This document shows, one piece after another, positions 9,811-18,817 of a DNA stretch of 64,000 bases. The stretch comes from Alphaproteobacteria bacterium. GTDB taxonomy: Bacteria; Pseudomonadota; Alphaproteobacteria; Rickettsiales; JABCZZ01. The notes below the pieces were generated by a model, which searched no databases, was not told the origin of the DNA, and saw only the letters and a list, made by a program, of their open reading frames with translations. Every line of letters begins with the position of its first letter. The stretch's first letter is position 1. A program made the position numbers and the translations under genes. The DNA lies in NCBI GenBank assembly GCA_035906055.1, contig JAMIFV010000013.1, positions 2,535 through 66,534 of the forward strand. The letters run 5' to 3'.

Positions 9811-11196
9811 TTGCCCGGCTTGCATACGCAAGCATACGTAACGAACGCAAGGATAACCGTAGTGAAGCTCGTAAATGCCCTCCCCGATCGTGACGTTTCA
9901 TTGCCTGCGGTTGAGCAGCAAAGAACCGCAGAGCCTGCGCCGGTGGATAAGGAAGCATTAGAAGCTATTGAGCGCGGCGACCGTATCGTTGTCATTCTGG
10001 GGCGGGCGGGCACCGGTAAAACCACGCTTATACGCTCTGTCATGGAGAACAGTTCTGTTAACCAGGTTGTTGTAGCGCCGACCGGTGTTGCGGCTGTGAA
10101 TGCAGGTGGACAGACCATTCACTCTTTCTTCCGTATTCCCCCGCGGCTGCATAATTTGTCTGAGATACAGCCCCGCAAGGGCGGTGGCCGATTATTCAAG
10201 AACCTCAAGCGGGTCATCATAGATGAAATTTCCATGGTGCGTGCGGATCTGCTGGATGCGGTGGACTATGCCCTGCAAATAAACCGCAAAGACCAGCGGC
10301 CCTTTGGCGGGGTGCAGATGGTGCTCGTGGGGGATTTCCTGCAATTGCCGCCTGTTGTGCGCGGTGATGAAGAGAGTATTCTTTCCGGCAAAGGATATGA
10401 AACCCCGTTTGCCTTCAGCGCAAAATGCCTGCGCAACAATCCTGTTACGTCCATAGAGCTTTCCAAGGTGCACCGGCAGGATAACCCTGACTATATCAAC
10501 CTGCTGGGCAATCTTCGTTCCGGCAATGAACTGGAGGCCACTATCGATGCTTTTAACGCCGCTTGCCTGGGGGGGCACAAACGCGATGCAGCTCCGATTA
10601 TTTTAACCGGTACAAATGCGGTGGCAGATAAACACAATGCCCTGGGATTAAACAGCTTATCCGGTGAAACAACCATTTATGAAGGCGCGATTGAGGGTGA
10701 ATTCAAGTTAGACAAGGACAAGCTGCCCGCGCCTGAATTGCTCGCCCTGAAAGCGGGCGCACGCATCATGATGGTAAAGAACGATATAGCCAGAAACTGG
10801 GTAAACGGTTCGCTTGGAACGATCACCCGTCTGGGAAAGGACCGTGTCTGGGTGAAAATAGACGGTAAAGAGCGGCAGTTCGAAGTTGGAAAGGCGGGGT
10901 GGGAAAATGTTCGTTATGAGTGGGATGAAACCACCCAGCATATTGAAGCAAAAGTGGTGGGCAGCTACTCGCAGATTCCCGTTATACCCGCCTGGGCTTT
11001 AACCATACATAAAGCGCAAGGGTTGACGCTTGAGAATGTGCGCATTGATCTGGAGCGCGGTGCTTTTGTTTCCGGACAGGCATATGTTGCATTGTCCCGG
11101 GCGCGTTCTTTAGAGGGGCTTTCCTTTGCATCCCCGCTCAGGGTTTCGGATATTATCATTGATGCACGGCTGCTTCCCAAAGCACGGCATGATTAA
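9811..11196 (+). CDS. Pif1/RecD-like SF1 helicase (AAA_30/PIF1 family)
   Basis: ILGRAGTGKTT (Walker A), VIIDEISMV (Walker B), LVGDFLQLPPV, TIHKAQGLT, AYVALSRARSLEGL. The start is uncertain: TTG 9811 or GTG about 9860. Confidence 0.8.
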   Translation: MPGLHTQAYVTNARITVVKLVNALPDRDVSLPAVEQQRTAEPAPVDKEALEAIERGDRIVVILGRAGTGKTTLIRSVMENSSVNQVVVAPTGVAAVNAGGQTIHSFFRIPPRLHNLSEIQPRKGGGRLFKNLKRVIIDEISMVRADLLDAVDYALQINRKDQRPFGGVQMVLVGDFLQLPPVVRGDEESILSGKGYETPFAFSAKCLRNNPVTSIELSKVHRQDNPDYINLLGNLRSGNELEATIDAFNAACLGGHKRDAAPIILTGTNAVADKHNALGLNSLSGETTIYEGAIEGEFKLDKDKLPAPELLALKAGARIMMVKNDIARNWVNGSLGTITRLGKDRVWVKIDGKERQFEVGKAGWENVRYEWDETTQHIEAKVVGSYSQIPVIPAWALTIHKAQGLTLENVRIDLERGAFVSGQAYVALSRARSLEGLSFASPLRVSDIIIDARLLPKARHD

Positions 11197-11224
11197 GGCA
11201 TAATTAAAGAAATGGGGGGGGCTG

Positions 11225-11255
11225 AAAAGCAACGGCGTGCAGTATATTAAGATTC
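11225..11255 (+). repeat. direct repeat copy 2 (relic of an MBL-gene 3' end, would encode KSNGVQYIKI)
   Basis: Matches 9727-9757. It is preceded at 11197-11218 by 22 nt identical to 48284-48305, which lies inside family-A copy A6. Confidence 0.7.
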
Positions 11256-11876
11256 TTAATCCATGTTCTCCCGTTTGCGATTTTTGGTGGCGATCGCCTC
11301 GTTCATTATATCCAACTGCCTAAGCGCCTGAGCCGTCAGATCCAACCTCATATGGGCCTCTAATAACCATTTCTCTCCACGTGCAGGGATATTTGCAGTT
11401 GCTTCGAGGCCGTGACGATATAACTCCGACCAACGTTCCAACGTCTCTAAGGCTTGACGGCCTCCTTTATCGGTTAGTGAATTATTCATAAGCGGGCGCA
11501 TAGACGCGTTCATCAATTGCTCGACGGTATCAAGCTTGTTTTGGAATCGTATCAGCAAATCCATATCTTTAATGTGAAAATCATGGGCCAGCGTATCGGT
11601 TTCATTTTTAATATCGACAAGCGTTGTCATTAAGACATGGATAGCAGTAATTGCCTGATCTTCACTGGTGACGGATCGTGCAGCGTCCAAAGCAGAGCAG
11701 TATTGATGAGCGTCACTCGTCGTTTTTTTGAATTGCGCTTCTATATTGTTAAGTCCGTCTCTTCTCTCCGGCGAGACTGATGCCGTTTGATCAAGGATTT
11801 TGCACATTCGGGCTGCAATATTCTTAATTTGCTGCCGGTAAAGCGCCGAAGGTTCATTTAATGATGCAGCGGACAT
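11256..11876 (-). CDS. hypothetical helical protein (orphan, low-GC)
   Basis: Clean 206-aa ORF with no recognisable motif, in an AT-rich context. Confidence 0.5.
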   Translation of the reverse strand: MSAASLNEPSALYRQQIKNIAARMCKILDQTASVSPERRDGLNNIEAQFKKTTSDAHQYCSALDAARSVTSEDQAITAIHVLMTTLVDIKNETDTLAHDFHIKDMDLLIRFQNKLDTVEQLMNASMRPLMNNSLTDKGGRQALETLERWSELYRHGLEATANIPARGEKWLLEAHMRLDLTAQALRQLDIMNEAIATKNRKRENMD

Positions 11877-12181
11877 ATTACCTCGAAAAGGATATTTATT
11901 TTCAAATAGAATGACATGAATGAGACATAGAGGGGATAGGCGCCACCTTCCTCCCTGCTTCCCATATACTAACGTTTCATACTGATATTCGCAGCATCTT
12001 TCGGGATATTGCTTTCGGAGGCAGCTTTACCCCAGATTTATTATCAGAAAGAGACCGCTGCTGCGAGAATGATGACATATTAATAATATCATTTTTCTGA
12101 GCTTGGCTTTGTATCATTATCTACGATAATGAAGTTTATTCTGAAGGGTGTAAGTTTACTATACGTAATTGAAGCGTCTTG

Positions 12182-13183
12182 CTACTGCCCGAAGGTAAAC
12201 GCATAGGCTTCCAGCCCTGCGCCCTCGGTGGTGATCTCCAGCATGCCCTCATTGTGCCCGGGCTGTGCTATGAGTTCATATAGCATGTGCTTATCCACGG
12301 TGAGCTTTCCTGCCGGTGCGTCCCTGCCCATGCCGGATGACGCATTATTCAGCGTTATCGTTGCCTGAACGGGTTTGCCGGTGGTGCTGCCCAGCACGAG
12401 GAACACTTTCTCTGATTTGAAATGCAGCTTCAGCGAAGCGCCTTTTGCGCCCGCTGTGATGCGCTGGCTGCCTACGTTCCATTGGCCCTGCAACGCCCAG
12501 TGATGCAGGGGCAGGGAAGAAGGGTAGGTGTAATCTGCCATATTGTCAGAGACGAAGGAGGGGGTGCTGGCAAAATGCCCGGCGCGGAAATAACCCAGAT
12601 ATGTCTCCGGTGTCTGGTCCTGCGCATATGCGGCCTGCTGCTGAGCGGCGGCAGGTTCTTCATCAAGGCCAAGCAGCCTGCGGATCATTCGCTCGGTGAC
12701 GTCATAGTTGCCTTCGCCGAAATGGGTGTAGACCACTTCGCCCTGCTTATCGACGAGGTAATGCGCGGGCCAGTACTGGTTGCTGTAATTGTTCCATGTG
12801 GCAAGTTCGTTATCCATGGCGACGGGGTAGGGTACTTTCCATTTCTCCATCGCGTGCTTCACATTGGCGGGGTTTTTCTCAAAGTCGAATTCCGGCGCAT
12901 GCACACCCACGATCACCAGCCCCTTATCGTGATATTTCGTATGCCACTGGCGCAGATAGGGCAGGGTGCGCACGCAATTGACGCAGGAATAGGCCCAGAA
13001 ATCCACCAGCACCACTTTGCCCCTGAGCTGCTTCACCGAGAGCGGCTCGCTATTGAACCACTGCGCGATGCCGGAGAATTCCGGCGCGGGGTAAGGGGTT
13101 TCCAGTTCGCCCTGCGCGTTGCCTGTCCTCACCATGCAGGCGAAAAGCGCGGCGGCAAATACGCAGAAGAGCTTCCTGTGCAT
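12182..13183 (-). CDS. periplasmic thioredoxin-like (redoxin / DipZ C-terminal-like) thiol-disulfide oxidoreductase
   Basis: Signal peptide. VVLVDFWAYSCVNCVRTLPY contains the CxxC. The fold is TlpA/DipZ-like, followed by a C-terminal beta domain. Confidence 0.75.
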   Translation of the reverse strand: MHRKLFCVFAAALFACMVRTGNAQGELETPYPAPEFSGIAQWFNSEPLSVKQLRGKVVLVDFWAYSCVNCVRTLPYLRQWHTKYHDKGLVIVGVHAPEFDFEKNPANVKHAMEKWKVPYPVAMDNELATWNNYSNQYWPAHYLVDKQGEVVYTHFGEGNYDVTERMIRRLLGLDEEPAAAQQQAAYAQDQTPETYLGYFRAGHFASTPSFVSDNMADYTYPSSLPLHHWALQGQWNVGSQRITAGAKGASLKLHFKSEKVFLVLGSTTGKPVQATITLNNASSGMGRDAPAGKLTVDKHMLYELIAQPGHNEGMLEITTEGAGLEAYAFTFGQ

Positions 13184-13187
13184 GTTT

Positions 13188-13706
13188 TCACTCCCCGGGG
13201 ATGAACTTCAGCGATACGCCGTTATTGCAGTAACGCAGCCCGGTGGGGGCGGGGCCGTCCTCAAACACATGCCCAAGGTGGCTGCCGCAATGGGAGCAAT
13301 GATATTCGGTGCGCGCGACGCCGATCTTGTAGTCCGTCCTGGTCTGCACGCTACCGGGTATCGCATCATAAAAACTGGGCCAGCCCGTGCCGCTGTCGTA
13401 TTTGGCCTTGGACTCGAACAGTTTCTGCCCGCAGGCCGCGCAGACGAATACGCCTTCGCGTTTTTCGACGTTGAGCGGGCTGGAGAACGCGCGTTCGGTG
13501 CCTTCTTCGCGCATCACGCTATATTCTTCCGGGGTAAGGCGTTTTTTCCATTCTTCGTTGCTGATCTTGTCTGTTTTCTCTGCCATAGCGTTTGCACTCC
13601 TTAGCATTGTTGAAAAGCATAGTGCGCCGGATAGCCCCAGCAGCCACTTTGAGAATTCCCGCCTGTTGTATGTCTGCACAAATGCCCCTGACATTGGTTT
13701 ATCCAT
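13188..13706 (-). CDS. msrB: peptide-methionine (R)-S-oxide reductase MsrB with a Tat-like signal
   Basis: GTGWPSF and RTEYHCSHCGSHLGHVFEDGP motifs. The N-terminus NRREFSKWLLGLSGALCF..ANA looks like a twin-arginine leader. Confidence 0.9.
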   Translation of the reverse strand: MDKPMSGAFVQTYNRREFSKWLLGLSGALCFSTMLRSANAMAEKTDKISNEEWKKRLTPEEYSVMREEGTERAFSSPLNVEKREGVFVCAACGQKLFESKAKYDSGTGWPSFYDAIPGSVQTRTDYKIGVARTEYHCSHCGSHLGHVFEDGPAPTGLRYCNNGVSLKFIPGE

Positions 13707-13828
13707 GAACTCAGTTTAGCATGGCTTGCGGTTACAGGAGAGCCTGAAAATAATCCATATTAACCGTTCTCATGTGGACTTGCAAAACCAGTAATGCTAC
13801 ATCGCAAGTATCAGGGGAGGGGCTTGTC

Positions 13829-14620
13829 ATGGCATTTCGTTCATTCATCGCATCGCTTCTGGCGTTGCCGCTATTATGCGCCGCCCCCGCCCGTGCCGAG
13901 ACCATAACGCTCGGCGGTGATCCCTGGTGCCCATATAATTGCGCCGAAGGCGGCTACATGATCGAAATCGCGCGCGACATCTTCCAGCGCAACGATATCG
14001 AGATCGAATATCAGGTGATGCCGTGGTCGGACGCGATTGACAAAGCGCGTCAGGGCGATATCGAGGCGACGGTCGGCACCTCGCACGATGACGCGCCGGA
14101 TTTCGTGTTTCCCGAATCGCTGCAGGGCCTGGCCGACATGCGTTTCTGGGTGCGCGACGATTCGCAGTGGGTGTTCTCGGGTATCGCGTCACTGGAAAAG
14201 GTGAAGCTGGGCGTTATTGAAGACTATGCCTACAGCAAGGATCTCAACGCGTATATCAAGCAGAACGCGGCGAACCCAAGGCGCATTCATATGGCCGGGG
14301 GCAAGGACGCGCTGGAGCAGAACCTGCAGAAGCTGCTGAAGGGTGAACTGGACGTGATCGCCGAGGATGACAACGTCATCAATTATTACATCACCACCAA
14401 AAGCGCTGAATACAAGATCAGGTCGGTCGGCACGCCGGTGAAGCGCGAAAATATCGCCGATAACTATCTGTATATCGCTTTCAGCCCCAAAAACCCTAAA
14501 TCCAGGAAATATGCCGCCATGCTGGATGCGGGGATGAAAGACCTCCGTCAGTCCGGGGAACTGGGCAGGATACTGGAGCTTTACCGGGTTAATGACTGGT
14601 ACGGCATCTCTAAGAAATAA
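13829..14620 (+). CDS. periplasmic substrate-binding protein (family 3 / amino-acid-type SBP)
   Basis: Signal peptide MAFRSFIASLLALPLLCAAPARA, with an SBP_bac_3-like sequence. The ORF track starts earlier, at 13772. Confidence 0.65.
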   Translation: MAFRSFIASLLALPLLCAAPARAETITLGGDPWCPYNCAEGGYMIEIARDIFQRNDIEIEYQVMPWSDAIDKARQGDIEATVGTSHDDAPDFVFPESLQGLADMRFWVRDDSQWVFSGIASLEKVKLGVIEDYAYSKDLNAYIKQNAANPRRIHMAGGKDALEQNLQKLLKGELDVIAEDDNVINYYITTKSAEYKIRSVGTPVKRENIADNYLYIAFSPKNPKSRKYAAMLDAGMKDLRQSGELGRILELYRVNDWYGISKK

Positions 14621-14660
14621 GGCCATATACCCTTGTTTCGGGCAAAATGACCGTTTTTAC

Positions 14661-14736
14661 TGGCAGGGGCGACAGGAATCGAACCTGCAACCCCCGGTTT
14701 TGGAGACCGGTGCTCTACCAATTGAGCTACACCCCT
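14661..14736 (-). tRNA. trnW: tRNA-Trp (anticodon CCA)
   Basis: The reverse complement reads AGGGGTGTAGCTCAATTGGTAGAGCACCGGTCTCCAAAACCGGGGGTTGCAGGTTCGATTCCTGTCGCCCCTGCCA. It forms a cloverleaf with 7-bp acceptor stem, CCGGT/ACCGG anticodon stem, GTTCGATTC T-loop and an encoded CCA. Confidence 0.95.
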
Positions 14737-15052
14737 AAGAGCCAGTACCGGCAGCGTATATAACAGAGAAGCGGCCATTGTCCAGCCCCAGAAATAGGGA
14801 ATTTTCGAGGAAAAATATGGGTTTCTGCTGTTTTTGTGACATTGCTGCAACAGAGTGTCTCAAATGCAGCGATGGTTTTAACCGTTTTTATTATTTTTGT
14901 TTGCATAGCCGGGGCTATCTAATAATAGTGGCGGCAGGTTACGCAAATGTGTTGCCTCAAAGTGTTTAGCCACACTTCACGTCATTCAGTGAGAACAGGC
15001 AACGCTTTGCACCTGAATCTGGTTTAATAACCTTAATAATAGGAAACGTGCT

Positions 15053-16291
15053 ATGAAAAAAATTCTCCTTGGTACTTCCGCCCTCATCGGCGCTGCTACC
15101 CTGCTTTCCGGGGCAGCTCTCGCTGAGGACCCGAAAGTAACGGTTGGTGGCTTCAATACCTTTGAGGCTGGTTATACCGAAAGCGATATGGACGATAACC
15201 TCAAGAACCGTGCATTCCGCAACAACACCGAAATCCATTTCAACATCGCTGGCAAAACCGGCGCTGGCCTGAACTACGGTGCTGAAATCGACCTGCAGGC
15301 TGACATCGACGGCGCTGGCCCGACCTCTTCCACCGGCACTTCCGGCGGCGGTCTCAATGCTCGCCGTACCTACGGCTGGCTCGGTGGCGACGCCTGGGGT
15401 CACTTTGAACTCGGTTCCAACGACGGCGTAGCACGCACCATGAAAGTGGACGCAGCTTCTATCGCTCGCGCTACCGGTGGTATCGATGGTGACTGGGCTT
15501 ACTTCGCTGACGTGAACACCTTCGGCGCTGCCGTTGCCGGTGAAAACGTTGGTGCAGGTTCCGCTGGTGCCCTCACCGGTCACACCAACAACCCGAACTT
15601 CATCACCGGTCCCCGTCTGCCGGTTGAACACGGTCCCGCTACCGGCTTCTTCAACGAAGCTTGGGGCAACAACAACAAGATCACCTACTACACCCCGAAG
15701 TTCTCTGGCTTCCAGCTCGGTGTTAGCTACTCCCCCGATCTTGAAAACCGTGGCCAGCTGACCGACCGCGTTGAACGCGTTACCGCTGGTACCGTTACCG
15801 CTCGCGATATCTGGGAAGGTGCACTGTCCTATGAAGGCCAGTGGGACCAGTTCGGTTTCGCTGCTGCTGTAACCGGCCAGACCGGCAAGGCTCTTGAGAA
15901 CTCCGGTCTCGAAGACCTGAACGCCTGGAACGTAGGTGCTAAGGTTTCTTACCTGGGCTTCAGCCTCGCCGGTTCTTATGGCGATTGGGATGACAGCCTC
16001 ACCACCTCCGCTTCTGGCGTAGGTGCGAGCGCTGACTACTGGACCGTTGGTGCTGCTTACGAAACCGGCCCCTTCGGCGCCAGCGTAACCTACCTTAAGA
16101 GCGACACCAAGATCGACGGTGCTGACAATGACAACGAATTCCAGAGCCTTTCCGTTGGCGTTGACTACAAACTCGCTCCCGGCCTGACTCCGTTCGTTGA
16201 ATGGACCTGGTATGACATCAACACTGACAGCGCTGCCGTTGCAAACAACGAAGGCAATGTTGTGATCGTTGGTTCCCAGCTCTCCTTCTAA
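15053..16291 (+). CDS. outer-membrane porin (alphaproteobacterial Porin_2-type)
   Basis: Signal peptide MKKILLGTSALIGAATLLSGAALA, alternating beta-strand pattern, C-terminal ...GSQLSF. Confidence 0.85.
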   Translation: MKKILLGTSALIGAATLLSGAALAEDPKVTVGGFNTFEAGYTESDMDDNLKNRAFRNNTEIHFNIAGKTGAGLNYGAEIDLQADIDGAGPTSSTGTSGGGLNARRTYGWLGGDAWGHFELGSNDGVARTMKVDAASIARATGGIDGDWAYFADVNTFGAAVAGENVGAGSAGALTGHTNNPNFITGPRLPVEHGPATGFFNEAWGNNNKITYYTPKFSGFQLGVSYSPDLENRGQLTDRVERVTAGTVTARDIWEGALSYEGQWDQFGFAAAVTGQTGKALENSGLEDLNAWNVGAKVSYLGFSLAGSYGDWDDSLTTSASGVGASADYWTVGAAYETGPFGASVTYLKSDTKIDGADNDNEFQSLSVGVDYKLAPGLTPFVEWTWYDINTDSAAVANNEGNVVIVGSQLSF

Positions 16292-16314
16292 TCGAAGGTT
16301 AGTCTGAAAAGTTT

Positions 16315-16349
16315 GGGGCGGTATCGCAAGATGCCGCCCCTTCTTTTTG
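16315..16349 (+). terminator. rho-independent terminator after the porin gene
   Basis: ggggcggtatcgcaagatgccgcccc followed by ttcttttt. Confidence 0.8.
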
Positions 16350-16380
16350 TCTAATCTCCACAGTGATTGGCTGTGAGCGA

Positions 16381-16475
16381 TGGATTTTGCAGCTTCCGTT
16401 GCTCACGTATCAAAACGTACGCTGCGCTACGGTTCTACAAAGATCCCTGCTCTCGCTCAGCCCAGCGAGATTCAT
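16381..16475. repeat. family-B repeat, copy B2 (diverged)
   Basis: ...gctcacgtatcaaaacgtacgctgcgctacggttctacaaagatccctgctctcgctcagcccagcgagattcat aligns with the 19850-19930 core. Confidence 0.5.
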
Positions 16476-16492
16476 ATTCCGGCTGTAAAAAA

Positions 16493-16511
16493 AGCCCGCT
16501 TAAAGCGGGCT
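16493..16511. terminator. hairpin flanked by A- and T-runs, possible bidirectional terminator
   Basis: aaaaaaagcccgcttaaagcgggctttct. Confidence 0.55.
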
Positions 16512-16543
16512 TTCTAAATGGTGCCGTAGTAGGGGAGCAGAAA

Positions 16544-16563
16544 GGGGGGAAGCGTTCCCCCTC
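16544..16563. repeat. family-A terminal hairpin module, solo, directly downstream of the efp stop
   Basis: ggggggaagcgttccccctc resembles ggaggggaaacgctttcccctc at 39718. On the minus strand a T-run follows it, which is terminator-like. Confidence 0.5.
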
Positions 16564-16574
16564 AGATTTTAAGC

Positions 16575-17138
16575 CTACTTCGCGCGCTCTACGTACGAAT
16601 TCTCGGCGGTATTCACCACGACGCGGGTGCCTGTTTCAATGAACGGCGGAACCATGATGCGCACACCGTTGGTAAGGATGGCGGGTTTGTAGGAAGACGC
16701 CGCCGTCTGGCCTTTCACCACGGGTTCGGTCTCGGTGATCTCCAGGATAACGCTGGGCGGCAGGGCCACGCTGAGCGGCTCGCCTTCGTAGGATTCGATC
16801 ATCACATTCATGTTTTCCTGCAGGTAGGGCATGCCGTCGCCGACCATGTCTTTGCTGATATGGATCTGTTCGTAATTTTCGTTATTCATGAATACCAGCA
16901 TGTCGCCTTCTTCGTATAGGTACTGGTATTCTTTCTGGTCGAGCTGCACGCGTTCGACCTTTTCGTCGGAACCGAAGCGGTAATTGGTCTTGGTGCCGGT
17001 TTTCACGTCTTTCATTTCCACCTGGTTGAAAGAACGCAGGTTGCCGGGGGTGCCGATCTTGATGTTGGTCACCAATACTAACCTGCCATTATATTCAAGC
17101 ACCATGCGGGGGCGGATGGCGGAACCGTCGATCTTCAT
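16575..17138 (-). CDS. efp: elongation factor P
   Basis: Full-length EF-P-like sequence: MKI.G..IRP..VLEYNG.L..V, ...VFMNNENYEQI..., ...YKPAILTNGVRIMVPPFIETG. Confidence 0.9.
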   Translation of the reverse strand: MKIDGSAIRPRMVLEYNGRLVLVTNIKIGTPGNLRSFNQVEMKDVKTGTKTNYRFGSDEKVERVQLDQKEYQYLYEEGDMLVFMNNENYEQIHISKDMVGDGMPYLQENMNVMIESYEGEPLSVALPPSVILEITETEPVVKGQTAASSYKPAILTNGVRIMVPPFIETGTRVVVNTAENSYVERAK

Positions 17139-17221
17139 AAATAGCCTCTTTCAAGAGTGTTCTGGTGTAATTCGGGGGCGCAAACTATCAGAATGGGCTG
17201 TAATTGCAATTTTATTAAGAA

Positions 17222-17318
17222 GGGCGGGCCGCCCCTCTTGCCTCCGGCAATTCATCCCTGCGAGGCCGGAGCCCACGCTCCTCCATGCCTATGGCGTAGC
17301 GGGGGAGGGACGCCCCCG
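17222..17318. repeat. family-A GC-rich palindromic element, copy A1
   Basis: gggcgggccgcccc ... ccctgcgaggccgg..cgctcctccatgcctatgg ... gggacgccccc. Confidence 0.65.
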
Positions 17319-17372
17319 CACTAAAAAGGACTCACACTTGAATCCTTATGCGGATAGGGTTAAGTAAATATC

Positions 17373-18101
17373 ATGAAAACACGCCCCGTTATCGGTATCA
17401 CGCTCGATTATGAGACCAAGGAAGGTTATTCCAGGCTTCCCTGGTATGCGCTGCGCGAGAACTATATCACCGCCGTCAGTCAGGAAGGTGCCATTCCCGT
17501 GCCGCTGCCGCATGATGTTGATCTTGTTCAGGATTATCTGGCTATGATCGACGGTCTGGTGATAACGGGCGGGGCATTTGACGTGCCGCCGGAGCTTTAC
17601 GGCCAGTCCAATGTGCATGAGACGGTCTCCACCAAGGACAAGCGCACCGCGTTTGAAGCCGCCATCACCAAAGGGGCGATAGCGCAGAACAAGCCCATTC
17701 TTGGCATCTGCGGCGGGCAGCAATTGCTTAACGTCATCCTCGGCGGCACGCTGATACAGCATGTGCCTGAAAGCTACCCGGATAGTCAAATCAGGCATGA
17801 ACAGCCCAATCCGCGTACGGAACCCGGCCATATAGTAAAAATCACGCAGGGCACTTTGTTGCGCGCGATCGTGAAAAAGGAAGATATCGAGGTTAACAGC
17901 GCCCATCATCAGGCGGTGGATCAGGTGGGTAAGGACGTGGTGGTCAATGCCGTGGCGCCGGACGGCGTGATCGAAGGCATTGAATATACCAAGCATCCGT
18001 TCTGCATCGGCGTGGAATGGCACCCTGAATACCATATCACCCCTGCCGATACGGAGATATTCAAGGCGTTCGTGCAGGCATGCAAAGGAAAGACCGCATG
18101 A
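17373..18101 (+). CDS. class-I glutamine amidotransferase, gamma-glutamyl-GABA hydrolase (peptidase C26) family
   Basis: LGICGGQQLLN (nucleophile Cys), SAHHQAV, EWHPE. Confidence 0.8.
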   Translation: MKTRPVIGITLDYETKEGYSRLPWYALRENYITAVSQEGAIPVPLPHDVDLVQDYLAMIDGLVITGGAFDVPPELYGQSNVHETVSTKDKRTAFEAAITKGAIAQNKPILGICGGQQLLNVILGGTLIQHVPESYPDSQIRHEQPNPRTEPGHIVKITQGTLLRAIVKKEDIEVNSAHHQAVDQVGKDVVVNAVAPDGVIEGIEYTKHPFCIGVEWHPEYHITPADTEIFKAFVQACKGKTA

Positions 18102-18817
18102 GAGACTGCTTCAAAATTCTGCCACGCCTTGCCGCCGCATTCGCCGCGCTATGTATTTCTTCCGTTGCCCATGCGCAGGAGCCTAAACGCCCCACTGTAG
18201 TGGAACTGTTCACGGCGCAGGGCTGCCCGTCCTGTCCCAGGGCAGACAGCATGCTCAAGGACATATCCCAGCATCCTGACTATTTCCCGCTTTCCTTCCA
18301 TGTGACTTATTTTGACGGGGAAGGCTGGAAAGACCCTTATTCTTCAAAGGAAAACAACCTGCGCCAGCGCCGCTACCTGCTGGCTGTGGGCATAAAAGAG
18401 GCCTTTACGCCGCATTTCGTGGTGGACGGCACTATATCCTCTGCGGGCGGGGATGCCGGTTCGCTTGCCAAGGCGATAAAGCAGGCGCAGAACATCGCGC
18501 TGCAGTTTCCGCTTACCGTTAAGGCCGATCAGGCAGGTAACGGGCTGCATGTGACTATCGGCGACGACAAGAACTTCCTGCCAGCCGATGCCGTGCTGTA
18601 TGAGGTGCATTTCAAGAGCAGCACCGTTACGCCCATCCGCGCAGGCGGCAATTCGGGTATTACGTCCGAAAACGTGAATAACGTGCTTTCCTTCTTCAGG
18701 GTGCCGCTTTCCACGCAATATTATGTGCCGATGAGCCGCGTGACCGGCGACGGGGTGGCGTATCTGCTGCACAACAAGGAAGGCCGTATAATGGGTGCGG
18801 CTTATTATATAAAATAA
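18098..18817 (+). CDS. DUF1223-family secreted thioredoxin-like protein
   Basis: Signal peptide. VVELFTAQGCPSCPRAD ... HVTYFD. ATG 18098 overlaps the upstream TGA (ATGA). The ORF track starts at 18080. Confidence 0.75.
   Translation: MRDCFKILPRLAAAFAALCISSVAHAQEPKRPTVVELFTAQGCPSCPRADSMLKDISQHPDYFPLSFHVTYFDGEGWKDPYSSKENNLRQRRYLLAVGIKEAFTPHFVVDGTISSAGGDAGSLAKAIKQAQNIALQFPLTVKADQAGNGLHVTIGDDKNFLPADAVLYEVHFKSSTVTPIRAGGNSGITSENVNNVLSFFRVPLSTQYYVPMSRVTGDGVAYLLHNKEGRIMGAAYYIK

Noticed and set aside
14661-14736. tRNA-Trp as an integration site for an island.
   Set aside because: No integrase, direct repeat of the tRNA 3' end, or compositional shift lies adjacent to it. The nearest integrase is about 12 kb away, with backbone genes in between.
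14581-14850. An 89-aa ORF overlapping tRNA-Trp.
   Set aside because: It is fully explained by the tRNA gene on the same strand, and the translation is not protein-like.
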